From Macrostomum lignano (Eukaryota), in NCBI GenBank assembly GCA_002269645.1, contig NIVC01002913.1, positions 24,646-88,645 of the forward strand: a stretch of DNA of 64,000 bases, read 5' to 3'. This document shows positions 14,701 through 26,569 of the stretch, piece by piece. The translations under genes and the position numbers were made by a program. Position 1 is the first letter of the stretch, and every line of letters begins with the position of its first letter. Below the pieces are notes generated by a model that worked only from the letters and a program-made list of their open reading frames with translations, searched no databases and was not told where the DNA came from.

Positions 14701-16706
14701 CAGCTAGAAATTGAACTCCCCCCACCAACTATTGGGGGGTCGGTCGAACCCCCATTGAACTCCAAAATGAGCACAATCTTTGCAGAAAGCTAAAAGTATG
14801 AAAATCTTTTCTTGAATGCTGTGAATTTAATTTTCATATTTAAAGCAAAAAACTTATATCCCCGAACTCATTGCAGCAAGATCTTTCCAGCAATATAAGT
14901 CTCTCCTCTCTAAGTTCAAAACTCGAGCAACAGTTAGTGTTTGAAACTTTCTGATTTTAAGCATTGAAAAATCGAGTGTACGTTCACTGCCTGCTAAAGA
15001 TGCTCGCAAGTTTATGCATTAAAATGCACTGAATTTCACTGTGCAAAAAATACACAGGGCTTCCTGTTAAAAAACAGAACACAAATAGTTGCGCAATTGT
15101 CTATAAAGTCAGTCAGTGAGCCAGGGTTCAAGTGTACACACGCAGCCACTGAGAACGCGACCATCCCCCACTTGAGAGAAAATACACTGCCAAGATAGAA
15201 AAATTTTATGGCGCAATCACTAAAATTGATGCAAATTTTCAGCTCCAAGCAGAAAGAGGGGACAATTAAGATTATCAAAGGTCAAGACCGCCATTTTCTG
15301 CTTTTTTAGGGATCTTAAAAATTGAAAATGAAAGATTAAAATAGCCTAAAGCCATCCTCGGAAAATTTGCAGTTTTCCCATATAAGTTTCAACGCTGACT
15401 TGCAAGTATTCTAGGAGAGTTATCCAACAAACACACACACACACAGACAAACAACGCACCAACTTTAGTATTAACGAGGCCAACTCCTCCTTCGGAGAAG
15501 AAAGGGGAAGAACTCCAATCAGCGGAATTCCATTCCCTGAACTCCATCAGCGGAATCCCATTTTCCAACACCTCTCCGCGCAACAGAAATCGTCTCCGTG
15601 AAACTGAACACTATCGAAATCCTCTCCGTGAAACTGAACACCATCGAAATATTCTCCGCGAAATAGAAATCCTCTCCGTGAAACTGGACTAAATCGAAAT
15701 TTCTACGTCAAACAGCCTAGCTCTCAGAATTCATTGGTTAGGGTTAGGGTTAGGGTTAGAGCTACACACAGCTGCGTGTTGAAAGGCGCCGTAAAAACAT
15801 TGAACCAATTAAATTGCGCAACTTATTTCTCAGGCAGTCAGTATCAGCCTCAGTTAAAGTTAACACAAAGATTGCGCAATCTAAATCAACCCTCCAATAC
15901 ACAGCAACCGACCCCCCTTCCAATACGCAGTGCAGCTAGAAATTGAACCCCCCCCCCACCAACTATTGGGGGGTCGGTCGAACCCCCATTGAACTCCAAA
16001 ATGAGAACAATCTTTGCAGAAAGCTAAAAGTATGAAAATCTTTTCTTGAATGCTGTGAATTTAATTTTCATATTTAAAGCAAAAAACTTATATCCCCGAA
16101 CTCAGCGCTGCAAGCTCTTTCCAGCAATAAAAGTCTCGTCTCTCAAAGTTAAAAAATCGAGCAACAGTTAGCGTTTGAAACTTTCTGATTTTAAGCATTG
16201 AAATATCGAGTGTACCTTCACTGCCTGCTAAAGATGCTCGCGAGTTTATGCATTAAAATGCACTGAATTTCACTGTGCAAAAAATACACAGGGCTTCCTG
16301 TTAAAAAACAGAACACAAATAGTTGCGCAATTGTCTATAAAGTCAGCCAGTGAGCCAGGGTCCGATTGTACACACGCCGCCAATGAGAACGCGCCCATTC
16401 CCCCACAGGAGAGAAAATGCACTGGCGACATAGGAAAAAGTTGTGGCGTAATCACTCAAAATTTATGCCAATTTTCAGCTCCGAGCAGAAAAAGTGTCCA
16501 GAGAAGGTTAGGAAATCAGATTTCTGCTTTTTTAGGGATCTTAAAATTAAAAAATGAAAGATTAAAACAGCCTAAAGCCGATTCCGGAAAATTTGCAGTA
16601 TTCCCATATAAGTTTCAACGCTGAGTTGCACGTAGTCTAGGAGGAGATATCCTACAAACAAACAGACAAACAAACAAACAAACAACGCACCAACTTTAGT
16701 ATTAAG
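5750..16706. repeat. Tandem array of ~1.22-kb units, each with (TTAGGG)3, ~30-bp subrepeats and a GC hairpin
   Basis: TTAGGG clusters begin at 6010, 7254, 9237, 10472, 12065, 13290, 14516 and 15738 (spacings 1244, 1983, 1235, 1593, 1225, 1226, 1222). The same short ORFs recur in each unit. CT-rich insert at 8350-9040 and a ~368-bp internal duplication (11008-11375 at 11376-11744). Confidence 0.97.
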
Positions 16707-17630
16707 AGAGAGAAGAGAGAGAGACGATATGAGTATATTGGTACCAAACAGGCTTAAATTTACCGTTTTTGTTTACGCATCCTCACGTGACCCATCGATA
16801 CTGCGGCTTTATAAGTACGTATGCATCAATTCTTGTCTCTAGTCAGTCTGTGTTTTCAATCGAGGCACTATAGAGATGGCAGCTGTCTGCATTGATTATT
16901 CATTTTCACCAACTTATTTCCCGTGTTAGTTCTTTATTATCAGGTGCTTGAAGTGAAGCCTAACTGTCATGAAACAATTCGCAGCGATTGAATGATTTAT
17001 TAAAAATGATTGAAATTTTTTTCTAAGTCAAAGTCGACTGCAAATTTTCAATGTCAGCGGTCAATCAAGCTGTCAAAATTGTCACGTATTCCAGAGTTGA
17101 CTGGTGAAGAAAGGATTAAGTATATGCCATAAAAGCTCATACGAGGATGCTTAAAAATTTCAGGCATATCGCGTTTGAGATTTGGTGGAATCAGTTCAAT
17201 ATGGTGGTCCAGGCTTCGGTTTTATGACTCTGAGCAATGCATAGTTGATTATAAATTCGAATTGGCTGAACTCTGTCAGAATGAGATTAGAAATCAAATC
17301 GGTCAATTGCGCCATGCGCTAATGCACTTAGGCCCCGAAAACCCCTGGGTTAGGGCCACAGACACCAGCTACTGCTGCTACTAATGCTTGAGAGCTTATT
17401 TCTAATTGTTTTCAGGCTATTAACAGTTGTTGCTTTTGGCTTTAAGCTAATAAAATTGATGCTGGGAATTTGTTAAGGCTTGTGGGGGAATTGCTGAGAT
17501 GTCAAGGCTTACAAGGGATTGCTGAGGTTATTGCAAAGAGACACTACATGTAGTTTATTACGAAACTTGTATTGCATTTTTTGGCTCCCCAACGGGGGGC
17601 GCTGATGGCTACTAGTGAACTCTGACCAGA

Positions 17631-18450
17631 TAGAGTTAGTAATAATAATAATAATAATAATTGATTACACCTGCCCTAATAGGCAGACGTGCAACCGACA
17701 GCTCAGCCGCAGCTATTGCGCGGCGCATCTGAAGGCTGCGTACGGCTGTTCAGTCCAAGGACTGCAGGGGGTCGCCACACACGCCCTCAATTATCCCAGC
17801 TAATGCTGGCACCCATTTTACAGCTGGGGGAACTGAAGCAATGCAGAGTTCAGCAGTGGTGTGATTCAGGCGCAAATTCGCGCCAGGCGCGAAAATGGCG
17901 CGAATGCGCGAATCCTGGGGGTCTGGCGCGAAATTTTGTGGAACCATGGGCGCGAAAATTGCATTCTTATTTTCTGCTTTTTACACTTATTCTCTTGTCA
18001 GACAGTATGAAATACAAGAATGTCATAGCTTAGGATATTAATCTAACAAACTGAGTTCAATCTCAGGCGTCAGCAGCAGAATGTGCAGAAGAAGAAACAG
18101 AAGGAGGCAGAGAAGCTAGCTGAGCTCGTCTTAAAGCGCAAGGCTGCTGAGCTGCTGTCAACGTCGTCAATCACCAGCACGAGCAGTCGTCTGCCTGCAG
18201 ACATCGCCAACAAGAAGTTCAGGGGGACACGGCTGTGACTTAAGAGACATGCTAATTGGTAGCCAGACGCATCTTCAAAAGTGTCATCAATTGACTTATT
18301 TGGCTGTCAGTAGAATATTATTGGCATGGCGCGAAAATTTTCAGTCGGCGCGAAATTTGGCAAACTTTCCAATCACACCACTGGAGTTCAGTGTCTTGCT
18401 CAAGGACATAAATTGTTCCGAATAGGTCGAGAATCGAACCCCGACCTTTT
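17631..18450 (-). mobile_element. tRNA-derived CORE-SINE (interrupted by hAT MITE 17854-18383)
   Basis: Reverse complement of the SINE at 37689-37985. (AAT)n tail at 17631-17660, body to 17853, resuming at 18384 with B-box complement gaatcgaacc at 18431-18440. Confidence 0.88.
17854..18383. mobile_element. Non-autonomous hAT-type MITE, 530 bp
   Basis: Perfect 13-bp TIRs CAGTGGTGTGATT/AATCACACCACTG. Perfect 8-bp TSD GAGTTCAG (17846-17853, 18384-18391). Multiple subterminal GGCGCGAA motifs at both ends. Confidence 0.92.
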
Positions 18451-18878
18451 CCTGTAGCGTATACATTGTTGAGTCTGAGGGGTGGACCCATGAATATGGA
18501 GCACTTATTGAGACTCCATATCTACCTCCATGTACGAGTTCAAACTTTATGAAGAAAATGTCAGAGTTGAGCTAGAGAAAATCCCATTGGAGGAGCGACT
18601 CGGAGACCAGTCCTCTCCCAAATGCTTCCCCTCTCTCCTCGACAGTCCTGCTAAATTTGCATTGCCCACCTCTGCGCATAGTCTCTCTCGCGCGAACCCT
18701 CGGCCAACCGACTGACTGCCTCTTCTCTCTGTCTATCCCTATTTATCATTTCAATCTTTTGTGAAAGCAACTTGCTGTAAGTTTAAAAATCAGACTGTCG
18801 CAGACAGGGACTTGAGTCAGATTACTCCGTTGCTACTACTCGTATTTTCTTAACGCTTTCAGGTAGGCGCCTAAGAAG

Positions 18879-18948
18879 ATGCATCTTCTACAGTTGGCTG
18901 CGCTAGTCGGGTCGCTAATCTCCGCGTCTGTCATCGTTGCTAGCGAAG
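18879..18948 (+). CDS. Neuropeptide precursor, coding exon 1 (signal peptide MHLLQLAALVGSLISASVIVASE)
   Basis: ATG at 18879, hydrophobic signal peptide, phase-1 donor G|gt at 18949. Upstream acceptor ttttcttaacgctttcag (18862) and donor gtaagt (18777) suggest a 5'UTR intron. Confidence 0.88.
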
Positions 18949-19088
18949 GTCTGTTGTTGACAAGGCCTACTGTCTACCAATTATATATACTTTTTCGTAT
19001 CTAAAGTAATCACCATTTAATAATTAAACTTGAGGTTCGAAATTTATGCAAACACAGCATAGTAAAGTACTTTTTATCCTTTCTGTAG

Positions 19089-19408
19089 CTTCATCAACAT
19101 CTCGACGGGATATCTACAACAATGATGACTTGGCCCGTTCGTTAGCAGCCTATCCATCATATTCGAAGCGCCAGCAGCGCTGGTCGAGCTCGTTCGGAAA
19201 GCGCCAGCCCCAGGTGTGGTCGAGCTCGTTCGGAAAGCGCCAGCAGCGCTGGTCGAGCTCGTTCGGAAAGCGCCAGCCCCAGGTGTGGTCGAGCTCCTTC
19301 GGTAAGCGACAGCGCCAGATGTGGTCGAGCTCCTTCGGCAAGCGACGTCAGCGATGGTCGAGCTCATTTGGAAAGCGCGACTCTGGATTCGAAGATAACG
19401 ACGAGTAA
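19089..19408 (+). CDS. Neuropeptide precursor, exon 2: six KR-flanked, Gly-extended WSSSFamide peptides
   Basis: Acceptor ttctgtag (19088) is phase-compatible with exon 1. Encodes KR-QQRWSSSFG-KR-QPQVWSSSFG-KR-QQRWSSSFG-KR-QPQVWSSSFG-KR-QRQMWSSSFG-KR-RQRWSSSFG-KR and an acidic tail. AATAAA at 19540. Confidence 0.93.
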
Positions 19409-19759
19409 AGTTGTTTTAAAAAATGGCGTCTAAACTCCCGTCGATGAGAATCAGTTACAGACCATTTTGGCATCAAATATCGAATTGATATGCGCTCCTC
19501 TCTTCCCAGCTCTGTCGGATTCGGTCCAACTGAACTTTGAATAAAAATAGACGCCTATAAGTTAAAGAACTCTAGCGATGCAGATCACGAGATTTGATTT
19601 TGAGTTCATTAAACTATTGCGCCTTGCGTTTGAGTCTGGTTATTTTTTATATGATTTCGAAGAAACACTTCTTAGAAACTATAGTACGGCATGGCACTGA
19701 GCTGCTGGGAAAGATTTTTAAAATTTAACAAAATTCCTGACGTTTTAAATTTATTGCAC

Positions 19760-22700
19760 AAGTAGTATGAAGACGCACACGTCTTTTTGCCACCAGTGAA
19801 CGGGCTTCTTTTTAGACGTGGGTCTTCATACTACTTGATAAACCTAGTTTTGTACCGATGAAAAAGAACTTTGAGAAGCTCAATAAAAATCTAAATCTCT
19901 ACTTCTCCCATTTTCTCTCTTTGTCTGTTCTGTTTCTCTCCACTCTAATCTCTCTCTAGTTCCACCAGTGAACGAGCCGAGCCCGGCGCCGCCGAAGGCG
20001 GCGTCGGGCGAGAGCGAGAGAACCCGAGGCCCCGCCAGGGGCCGAGCGCGAGTGAATAATTTCTACCCATGGCGGCCGAAGGCCGACATGGGCTAGAAAG
20101 TATTTACGAGTAAATAAGTTAGACTCTAATGCATTTTGAAATTTCACGTTTTTCCGCCAAAAAATGCTCCTGTTTTGCAACCACTGCACCGATTGAGTTG
20201 AGTGAGGTGTCGATCGATAGAAAACTTTTAGATCTATCGAATGAAGGTACTTTAAAATGCAGAGATTTTTTAAATGAGCCGTAAATTAACTGGAAAGACG
20301 ATTTTTTCAAAAGTGCTTCTAGGAGATCTCAAAATTCTGGTACACCTTACGAGATACAGCTTCGACATCTGAGAATCAAAGTTGTAAAACTAAATTTCCT
20401 ACAAAATGGTATATGGCGCTTTGATTTATTTTGGTATCTTTATGTAGTTTTGGTGGGTTTTTTGGGTAAAAAAATGACCCTCATTTTATTATTTCCCCAC
20501 TTTTTCCTACGAACCTTTTTAAGTTTCGGCTTCAAAGCAGTGCATTTGGATGCGCAATGCAAATATCTACAAGTGTCTAAAGCTTTGTTTTCCTACGCTT
20601 CTGCAGTGCTGAGAAAATTGACAAAAATCGATTTTTCAAAAAATCACATGTCTTTCGCATTATTGCTCATTATAATTTAGAGAACATGGTGCGAATAAGC
20701 CAATATCGAATTTCTATAGCATAGTTGCTGTACTATATTGGTGTAAATTGCTGCCGTCTGCTTTCGCTGCTTTCGGATTGAAAAATCGATCAGAAATCGA
20801 TAATTTGTGATTTTTGGCTGATGGAGTGCCAGAAAATGGGTGATTAAAATTTTAAAAGAATGCTAGATCAAATGTGGATACTGCAACGAGTTGTACTAAT
20901 GTCTGGCTAAAATTGACCAAGTTTTTGAGTGTCTGCAACAAGTGCTCATGTGTCAAAAGTGATTGGAAATCGATCAGAGTAGTGATTTTTTAATATTTTG
21001 CTTGAAATCAGGCAAAAAAACGCAATAAGACGGCATTATTTTTATGACGGCTGATTTCCCAAAAAACGAGGTATATTTGTGTGCAATTTCTAGTGATTCG
21101 GTTTATTTAGTAAAAAATTATCGATAAAAAACTGAAAACTTGACTTTTTACTTTCATGTTAGTTCCGGGGCTATTTAAACTGGAAATGGTAGGAATTTCG
21201 CACTGAAACCAATGCACAGTGTTCCATATAGTTAATTTAACAAATTTCTTGAATTTCATAACCATTCGATGTTTTTTTTCATGTAAAAAATGCCTTTTTT
21301 GCATCGAAATTCATCACATTAAGCTGCATACCGCTTTGCATAATCTGCATTTGCATGTGATTGCTTGCATGGCTTTGGCATTGGGCTGAGTTAAGCTGGT
21401 TAGAAAGGAAGGAAAGGAAAGGAAAGGAAGGAATAATCGTACATACAATGTACACACCCGTCCCTTCCAAGTGGGGTTGTGGCAACGCGAGAGGGCTTGG
21501 CGGCTTGGTTTGGAGGGCGTGTAATAGAGCTTCATTTGACTCGCACACAGACCAAGGGAAATTAGATCGATAAACGGGCGTCACGTGATTAGAATTTCGT
21601 ATTAAATTTAGCTCTTTAACTGCACATTTGAATTGCAAGCCCAGTACAAAGTTTGTCGGGCGCAAGATCCAAGTCACTACGTGTACAATCCTCCCCCCGG
21701 CTAAAAAGTCAGGCGATACGGCTTCTGAAGTAGGAATGTACAGTGTTTTGGAAAGACTTTATTTATAGCTTTCTTTGCAAAATATAACCCTGCTACGCTC
21801 TGGAGTCATTAGAAATTTTTTTATATCGAGGCCTTCTAAAGCCTATTATAGAAGACTCGATTCCAGCTCATGGCTGCGGGTCAGATGAGAGAGAAAGAGA
21901 ATAGAGAAGAGATAAGACTAAAGAGAAGATAAGAGATAAAACGAGAGCTAGAAGCGAGAGGAGAGGAGAGGGGAGACTAGAGAGAGATTAGAGTGGAGAG
22001 AAACAGAACAGACAAAGAGAGAAAATGGGAGAAGTAGAGATTTACATTTTTATTGAGCTTCTCAAAGTTCTTTTTCATCGGTACAAAACTAGGTTTATCA
22101 AGTAGTATGAAGACCCACGTCTAAAAAGAAGCCCGTTCACTGGTGGCAAAAAGACGTGTGCGTCTTCATACTACTTGTCTCCCCTCTCCTCTCCTCTCGC
22201 TTCTAGCTCTCGTTTTATCTCTTATCTTCTCTTTAGTCTTATCTCTTCTCTATTCTCTTTCTCTCTCATCTGACCCGCAGCCATGAGCTGGAATCGAGTC
22301 TTCTATAATAGGCTTTAGAAGGCCTCGATATAAAAAAATTTCTAATGACTCCAGAGCGTAGCAGGGTTATATTTTGCAAAGAAAGCTATAAATAAAGTCT
22401 TTCCAAAACACTGTACATTCCTACTTCAGAAGCCGTATCGCCTGACTTTTTAGTCGGGGGAGGATTGTACACGTAGTGACTTGGATCTTGCGCCCGACAA
22501 ACTTTGTACTGGGCTTGCAATTCAAATGTGCAGTTAAAGAGCTAAATTTAATACGAAATTCTAATCACGTGACGCCCGTTTATCGATCTAATTTCCCTTG
22601 GTCTGTGTGCGAGTAAAATGAAGCTCTATTACACGCCCTCCAAACCAAGCCGCCAAGCCCTCTCGCGTTGCCACAACCCCACTTGGAAGGGACGGGTGTG

Positions 22701-24190
22701 TACATTGTATGTACGATTATTCCTTCCTTTCCTTTCCTTTCTAACCAGCTTAACTCAGCCCAACGCCAAAGCCATGCAAGCAATCGCATGCAAATGCAAA
22801 TTATGCAAAGCGGTATGCGGCTTATTCTGATGAATTTTGGTGCAAAAAAGGCATAATTTTTGCCTGAAAAGAACATCGAATGGTTATGAAACTCAAGAAA
22901 TCTGTTAAATTAGCTGTATGGAATACTGTGCATTGGTTTCAGTGCAAAATTCTTACCATTTCCAGTTTAAATAGCCCCGAAACTAACATAAAAGTAAAAA
23001 GTCAAGTTTTCAGTTTTTTATCGATAATTTTTTACCCAATGAACCGAATCTCTAGAAATTGCACACAAATATGCCTCATTATGTGGGAAATCAGATTTCA
23101 TAAAAATCTTGTCGTCCTATTGCGTTATTTTGCCTGATTTCAAGCAAAATATTAAAAAATCACTACTCTGATCGATTTCCAATCACTTTTTTTGACACAT
23201 GAGCACTTGTTGCAGACACTCAAAAACTTGGTAAATTTTAGCCAGACATTAGTACAACTAATTGCAGTGTCCGCATTTGATTTACCATTCTTTTAAAAAT
23301 TTAATCACCCTTTTTTCTGGCACCCAATCAGCCAAAAATCACAAATTATCGATTTCTGATCGATTTTTCAACCCGAAAGCAGCGAAATCAGACGGCGGCA
23401 ATTTAAACCAATATAGTACAGCAACTATGCTATAGAAATTCGAAGTCGGATTATTCGCACCATGTTCTCAAAATTATAATGAGCAATAATGCGAAAGTCA
23501 TGTAATTTTTTGAAAAATCGATTTTTGTCAATTTTCTCAGCACTGCAGAAGCGTAGGAAAACAAAGCTTTAGACACTTGTAGATATTTGCATTGCGCATC
23601 CAACTGCACTGCTTTGAAGCCGAAACTCAAAAAGCTTCGTAGGAAAAAGTGGGGAAATAATAAAATGAGGGTCATTTTTTTACCCAAAAAACCCACCAAA
23701 ACTACATAAAGATACCAAAATAAATCAAAGCGCCATATACCATTTTGTAGGAAATTTAGTTTTACAACTTTGATTCTCAGATGTCGAAGCTGTATCTCGT
23801 AAGGTGTACCAGAATTTTGAGATCTCCTAGAAGCACTTTTGAAAAAATCGTCTTTCCAGTTAATTTACGGCTCATTTAAAAAATCTCTGCATTTTAAAGT
23901 ACCTTCATTCGATAGATCTAAAAGTTTTCTATCGATCGACACCTCACTCAACTCAATCGGTGCAGTGGTTGCAAAATAGGAGCATTTTTTAGCAAAAAAA
24001 CGTGAAATTTCAAAATGCATAAGAGTCTAACTTATTTACTCGTAAATACTTTCTAGCCCATGTCGGCCTTCGGCCGCCATGGGTAGAAATTATTCACTCG
24101 CCCTCGGCCCCTGGCGGGGCCTCGGGTTCTCTCGCTCTCGCCCGACGCCGCCTTCGGCGGCGCCGGGCTCGGCTCGTTCACTGGTGGAAC
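19760..24190 (-). mobile_element. Helentron/Helitron2-like non-autonomous element, copy 1 (split by self-insertion 19960-22177)
   Basis: 19760-19959 plus 22178-24190 reassemble into the same element as 24190-26569. Asymmetric subTIR CCACCAGTGAACG and terminal hairpins, no ORF of substance. Confidence 0.75.
19960..22177 (+). mobile_element. Helentron/Helitron2-like element, copy 2, inserted in reverse orientation into copy 1
   Basis: Starts CTAG|TTCCACCAGTGAACG (subTIR 19962-19974) followed by a GCCGCC-GAA-GGCGGC hairpin. Ends with a 16-bp-stem foldback (22099-22114/22162-22177) enclosing the second subTIR, then CTTG|T. No TSD. Confidence 0.8.
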
Positions 24191-26569
24191 AAGTAGTATG
24201 AAGACGCACACGTCTTTTTGCCACCAGTGAACGGGCTTCTTTTTAGACGTGGGTCTTCATACTACTTGATAAACCTAGTTTTGTACCGATGAAAAAACTT
24301 TGAGAAGCTCAAAAAATATAAATGTAAATCTCTAGTCTCTACTTCTCCCATTTTATCTGTCTGTCTGTTTGTTCTGTTTCTCTCATCTCTAATCTCTCTA
24401 GTCTCCCCTCTCCTCTCGCTTCTCTCTCGCCTTATCTTTTATCTCCTTTTTTCTCTTCTCCCTTTATTCCCTTTCATTTCCTTCCTTATCTGGCCCGAAG
24501 CCATGAGCTGGATTCTTCTATAATAGGCCCTCGATCTAAAAAATTGTCTAAATTAAAGTCTCCAGAGCGTAGCAGCTAGCAGGGTTATACCACCCCATTA
24601 AGCTGGTTGTTTCGGCGCAAGATCCTCTTAGCATCAGCTTAAGTGAAGTGCTTGGAAAGCCAGGCCAGTTTTGTGGGATATAATACTCGTACTCTCAATC
24701 AGATAAACGAGATAGTAAGTACACTTAAGATACCCTAAGCCTCTTCTCCAATGGGGTTGCAAAGAAAGCTAAAAATTAAGTCATTCCAAAACACTGTACA
24801 TAGCTGCTTCATAAGTCGTATCGCCTGACCTTTTAGTCTGGGTGGATTGTACACGTAGTGACTTGGAGCTTGCCACCGGCCAAACTTTGTACTGGGCTTG
24901 CAATTCAAATGTTGAGTTAAAGAGCTAAATTTAATACGAAATTCTAATCACGTGACGCCCGTTTATCGATCTAATTTTCCTTGGTCTGTGCGCGAGTCAA
25001 ATGAAGCTCTATTACACGCCCTCCAAACCAAGCCGCCAAGCCCTCACGCCACAGCCCCCCACTTAGAATGGACGGGAGCGTGTGTACATTCTACGATTAT
25101 TCCTTCCTTTCCTTTCCTTTCTAACCAGCTTAACTCAGCCCAACGCCAAAGCCATGCAAGCAATCGCATGCAAATGCAAATTATGCAAAGCGGTATGCGG
25201 CTTATTCTGATGAATTTTGGTGCAAAAAAGGCATAATTTTTGCCTGAAAAGAACATCGAATGGTTATGAAACTCAAGAAATCTGTTAAATTAGCTGTATG
25301 GAACACTGTGCATTGGTTCCAGTGCAAAATTCCTACAATTTCCCGGTTATTTAGCCCCGGAAGTAACAAAAGTATCAAAAGTCAAATTTTCTGTTTTTTA
25401 TCGATAAATTTTTACCTAATGAACCGAATCTCTAGAAATTGCACACAAATATGCCTCATTATGTGGGAAATCAGATTTCATAAAAATCTTGTCGTCCTAT
25501 TGCGTTATTTTGCCTGATTTCAAGCAAAATATTAAAAAATCACTACTCTGATCGATTTCCAATCACTTTTTTTGACACATGAGCACTTGTTGCAGACACT
25601 CAAAAACTTGGTCAATTTTAGCCAGACATTAGTACAACTCGTTGCAGTATCCGCATTTGATCTAGCATTCTTTTAAAATTTTAATCACCCATTTTTCTGG
25701 CACCCAATCAGCCAAAAATCACAAATTATCGATATCTGATCGATTTTTCAATCCGAAAGCAGCGAAAGCAGACGGCAGCAATTTACACCAATATAGTACA
25801 GCAACTATGCCATAGAAATTCGATATTGGCTTATTCGCACCATGTTCTCAAAATTATAATGAGCAATAATGCGAAAGTCATGTAATTTTTTGAAAAATCG
25901 ATTTTTGTCAATTTTCTCAGCACTGCAGAAGCGTAGGAAAACAAAACTTTAGACACTTGTAGATATTTGCATTGCGCATCCAACTGCACTGCTTTGAAGC
26001 CGAAACTCAAAAAGGTTCGTAGGAAAAAGTGGGAAAATAATAAAATGAGGGTCATTTTTTTACCCAAAAAACCCACCAAAACTACATAAAGATACCAAAA
26101 TAAATCAAAGCGCCATATACCATTTTGTAGGAAATTTAGTTTTAAAACTTTGATTCTCAGATGTCGAAGCTGTATCTCGTAAGGTGTACCAGAATTTTGA
26201 GATCTCCTAGAAGCACTTTTGAAAAAATCGTCTTTTCAGTTAATTTACGGCTCATTTAAAAAATCTCTGCATTTAAAAGTACATTCATTCGATAGATCTA
26301 AAAGTTTTCTATCGATCGACACCTCACTCAACTCAATCGGTGCAGTGGTTGCAAAATAGGAGCATTTTTTAGCAAAAAAACGTGAAATTTCAAAATGCAT
26401 AAGAGTCTAACTTATTTACTCGTAAATACTTTCTAGCCCATGTCGGCCTTCGGCCGCCATGGGTAGAAATTATTCACTCGCCCTCGGCCCCTGGCGGGGC
26501 CTCGGGTTCTCTCGCTCTCGCCCGACGCCGCCTTCGGCGGCGCCGGGCTCGGCTCGTTCACTGGTGGAA
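24190..26569 (-). mobile_element. Helentron/Helitron2-like element, copy 3 (intact, head-to-tail with copy 1)
   Basis: subTIRs at 24221-24233 and 26555-26567. Head-to-tail junction ggtggaa|caagtagt at 24189/24190, right flank ctag. Carries ~170 bp extra at 24589-24758. Confidence 0.8.

Noticed and set aside
5996-16624. Recurrent ORFs MVRVRVRV..., MITPQLF..., MSIKSAS... in the 1.2-kb array
   Set aside because: Short, GTG/TTG starts, broken by indels between copies and with no recognisable domain.
17588-17604. CTCF-like motif ccaacggggggcgct
   Set aside because: A single imperfect match, no supporting context and uncertain presence of CTCF in this lineage.
19074-19367. Antisense repetitive ORFs over the neuropeptide exon (and likewise over the Mint, PRKX and nested-gene exons)
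   Set aside because: Shadow frames of GC-rich codon usage. The sense frame has the motifs and splice sites.
24589-24758. 170-bp extra segment in element copy 3 with accccatt/aatggggt ends
   Set aside because: Only an 8-bp inverted match and no TSD. It could equally be a deletion in the other copies.
20119-26079. Short ORFs inside the Helentron-like copies
   Set aside because: AT-rich, frameshifted between copies and no Rep/helicase motifs, so the element is non-autonomous.
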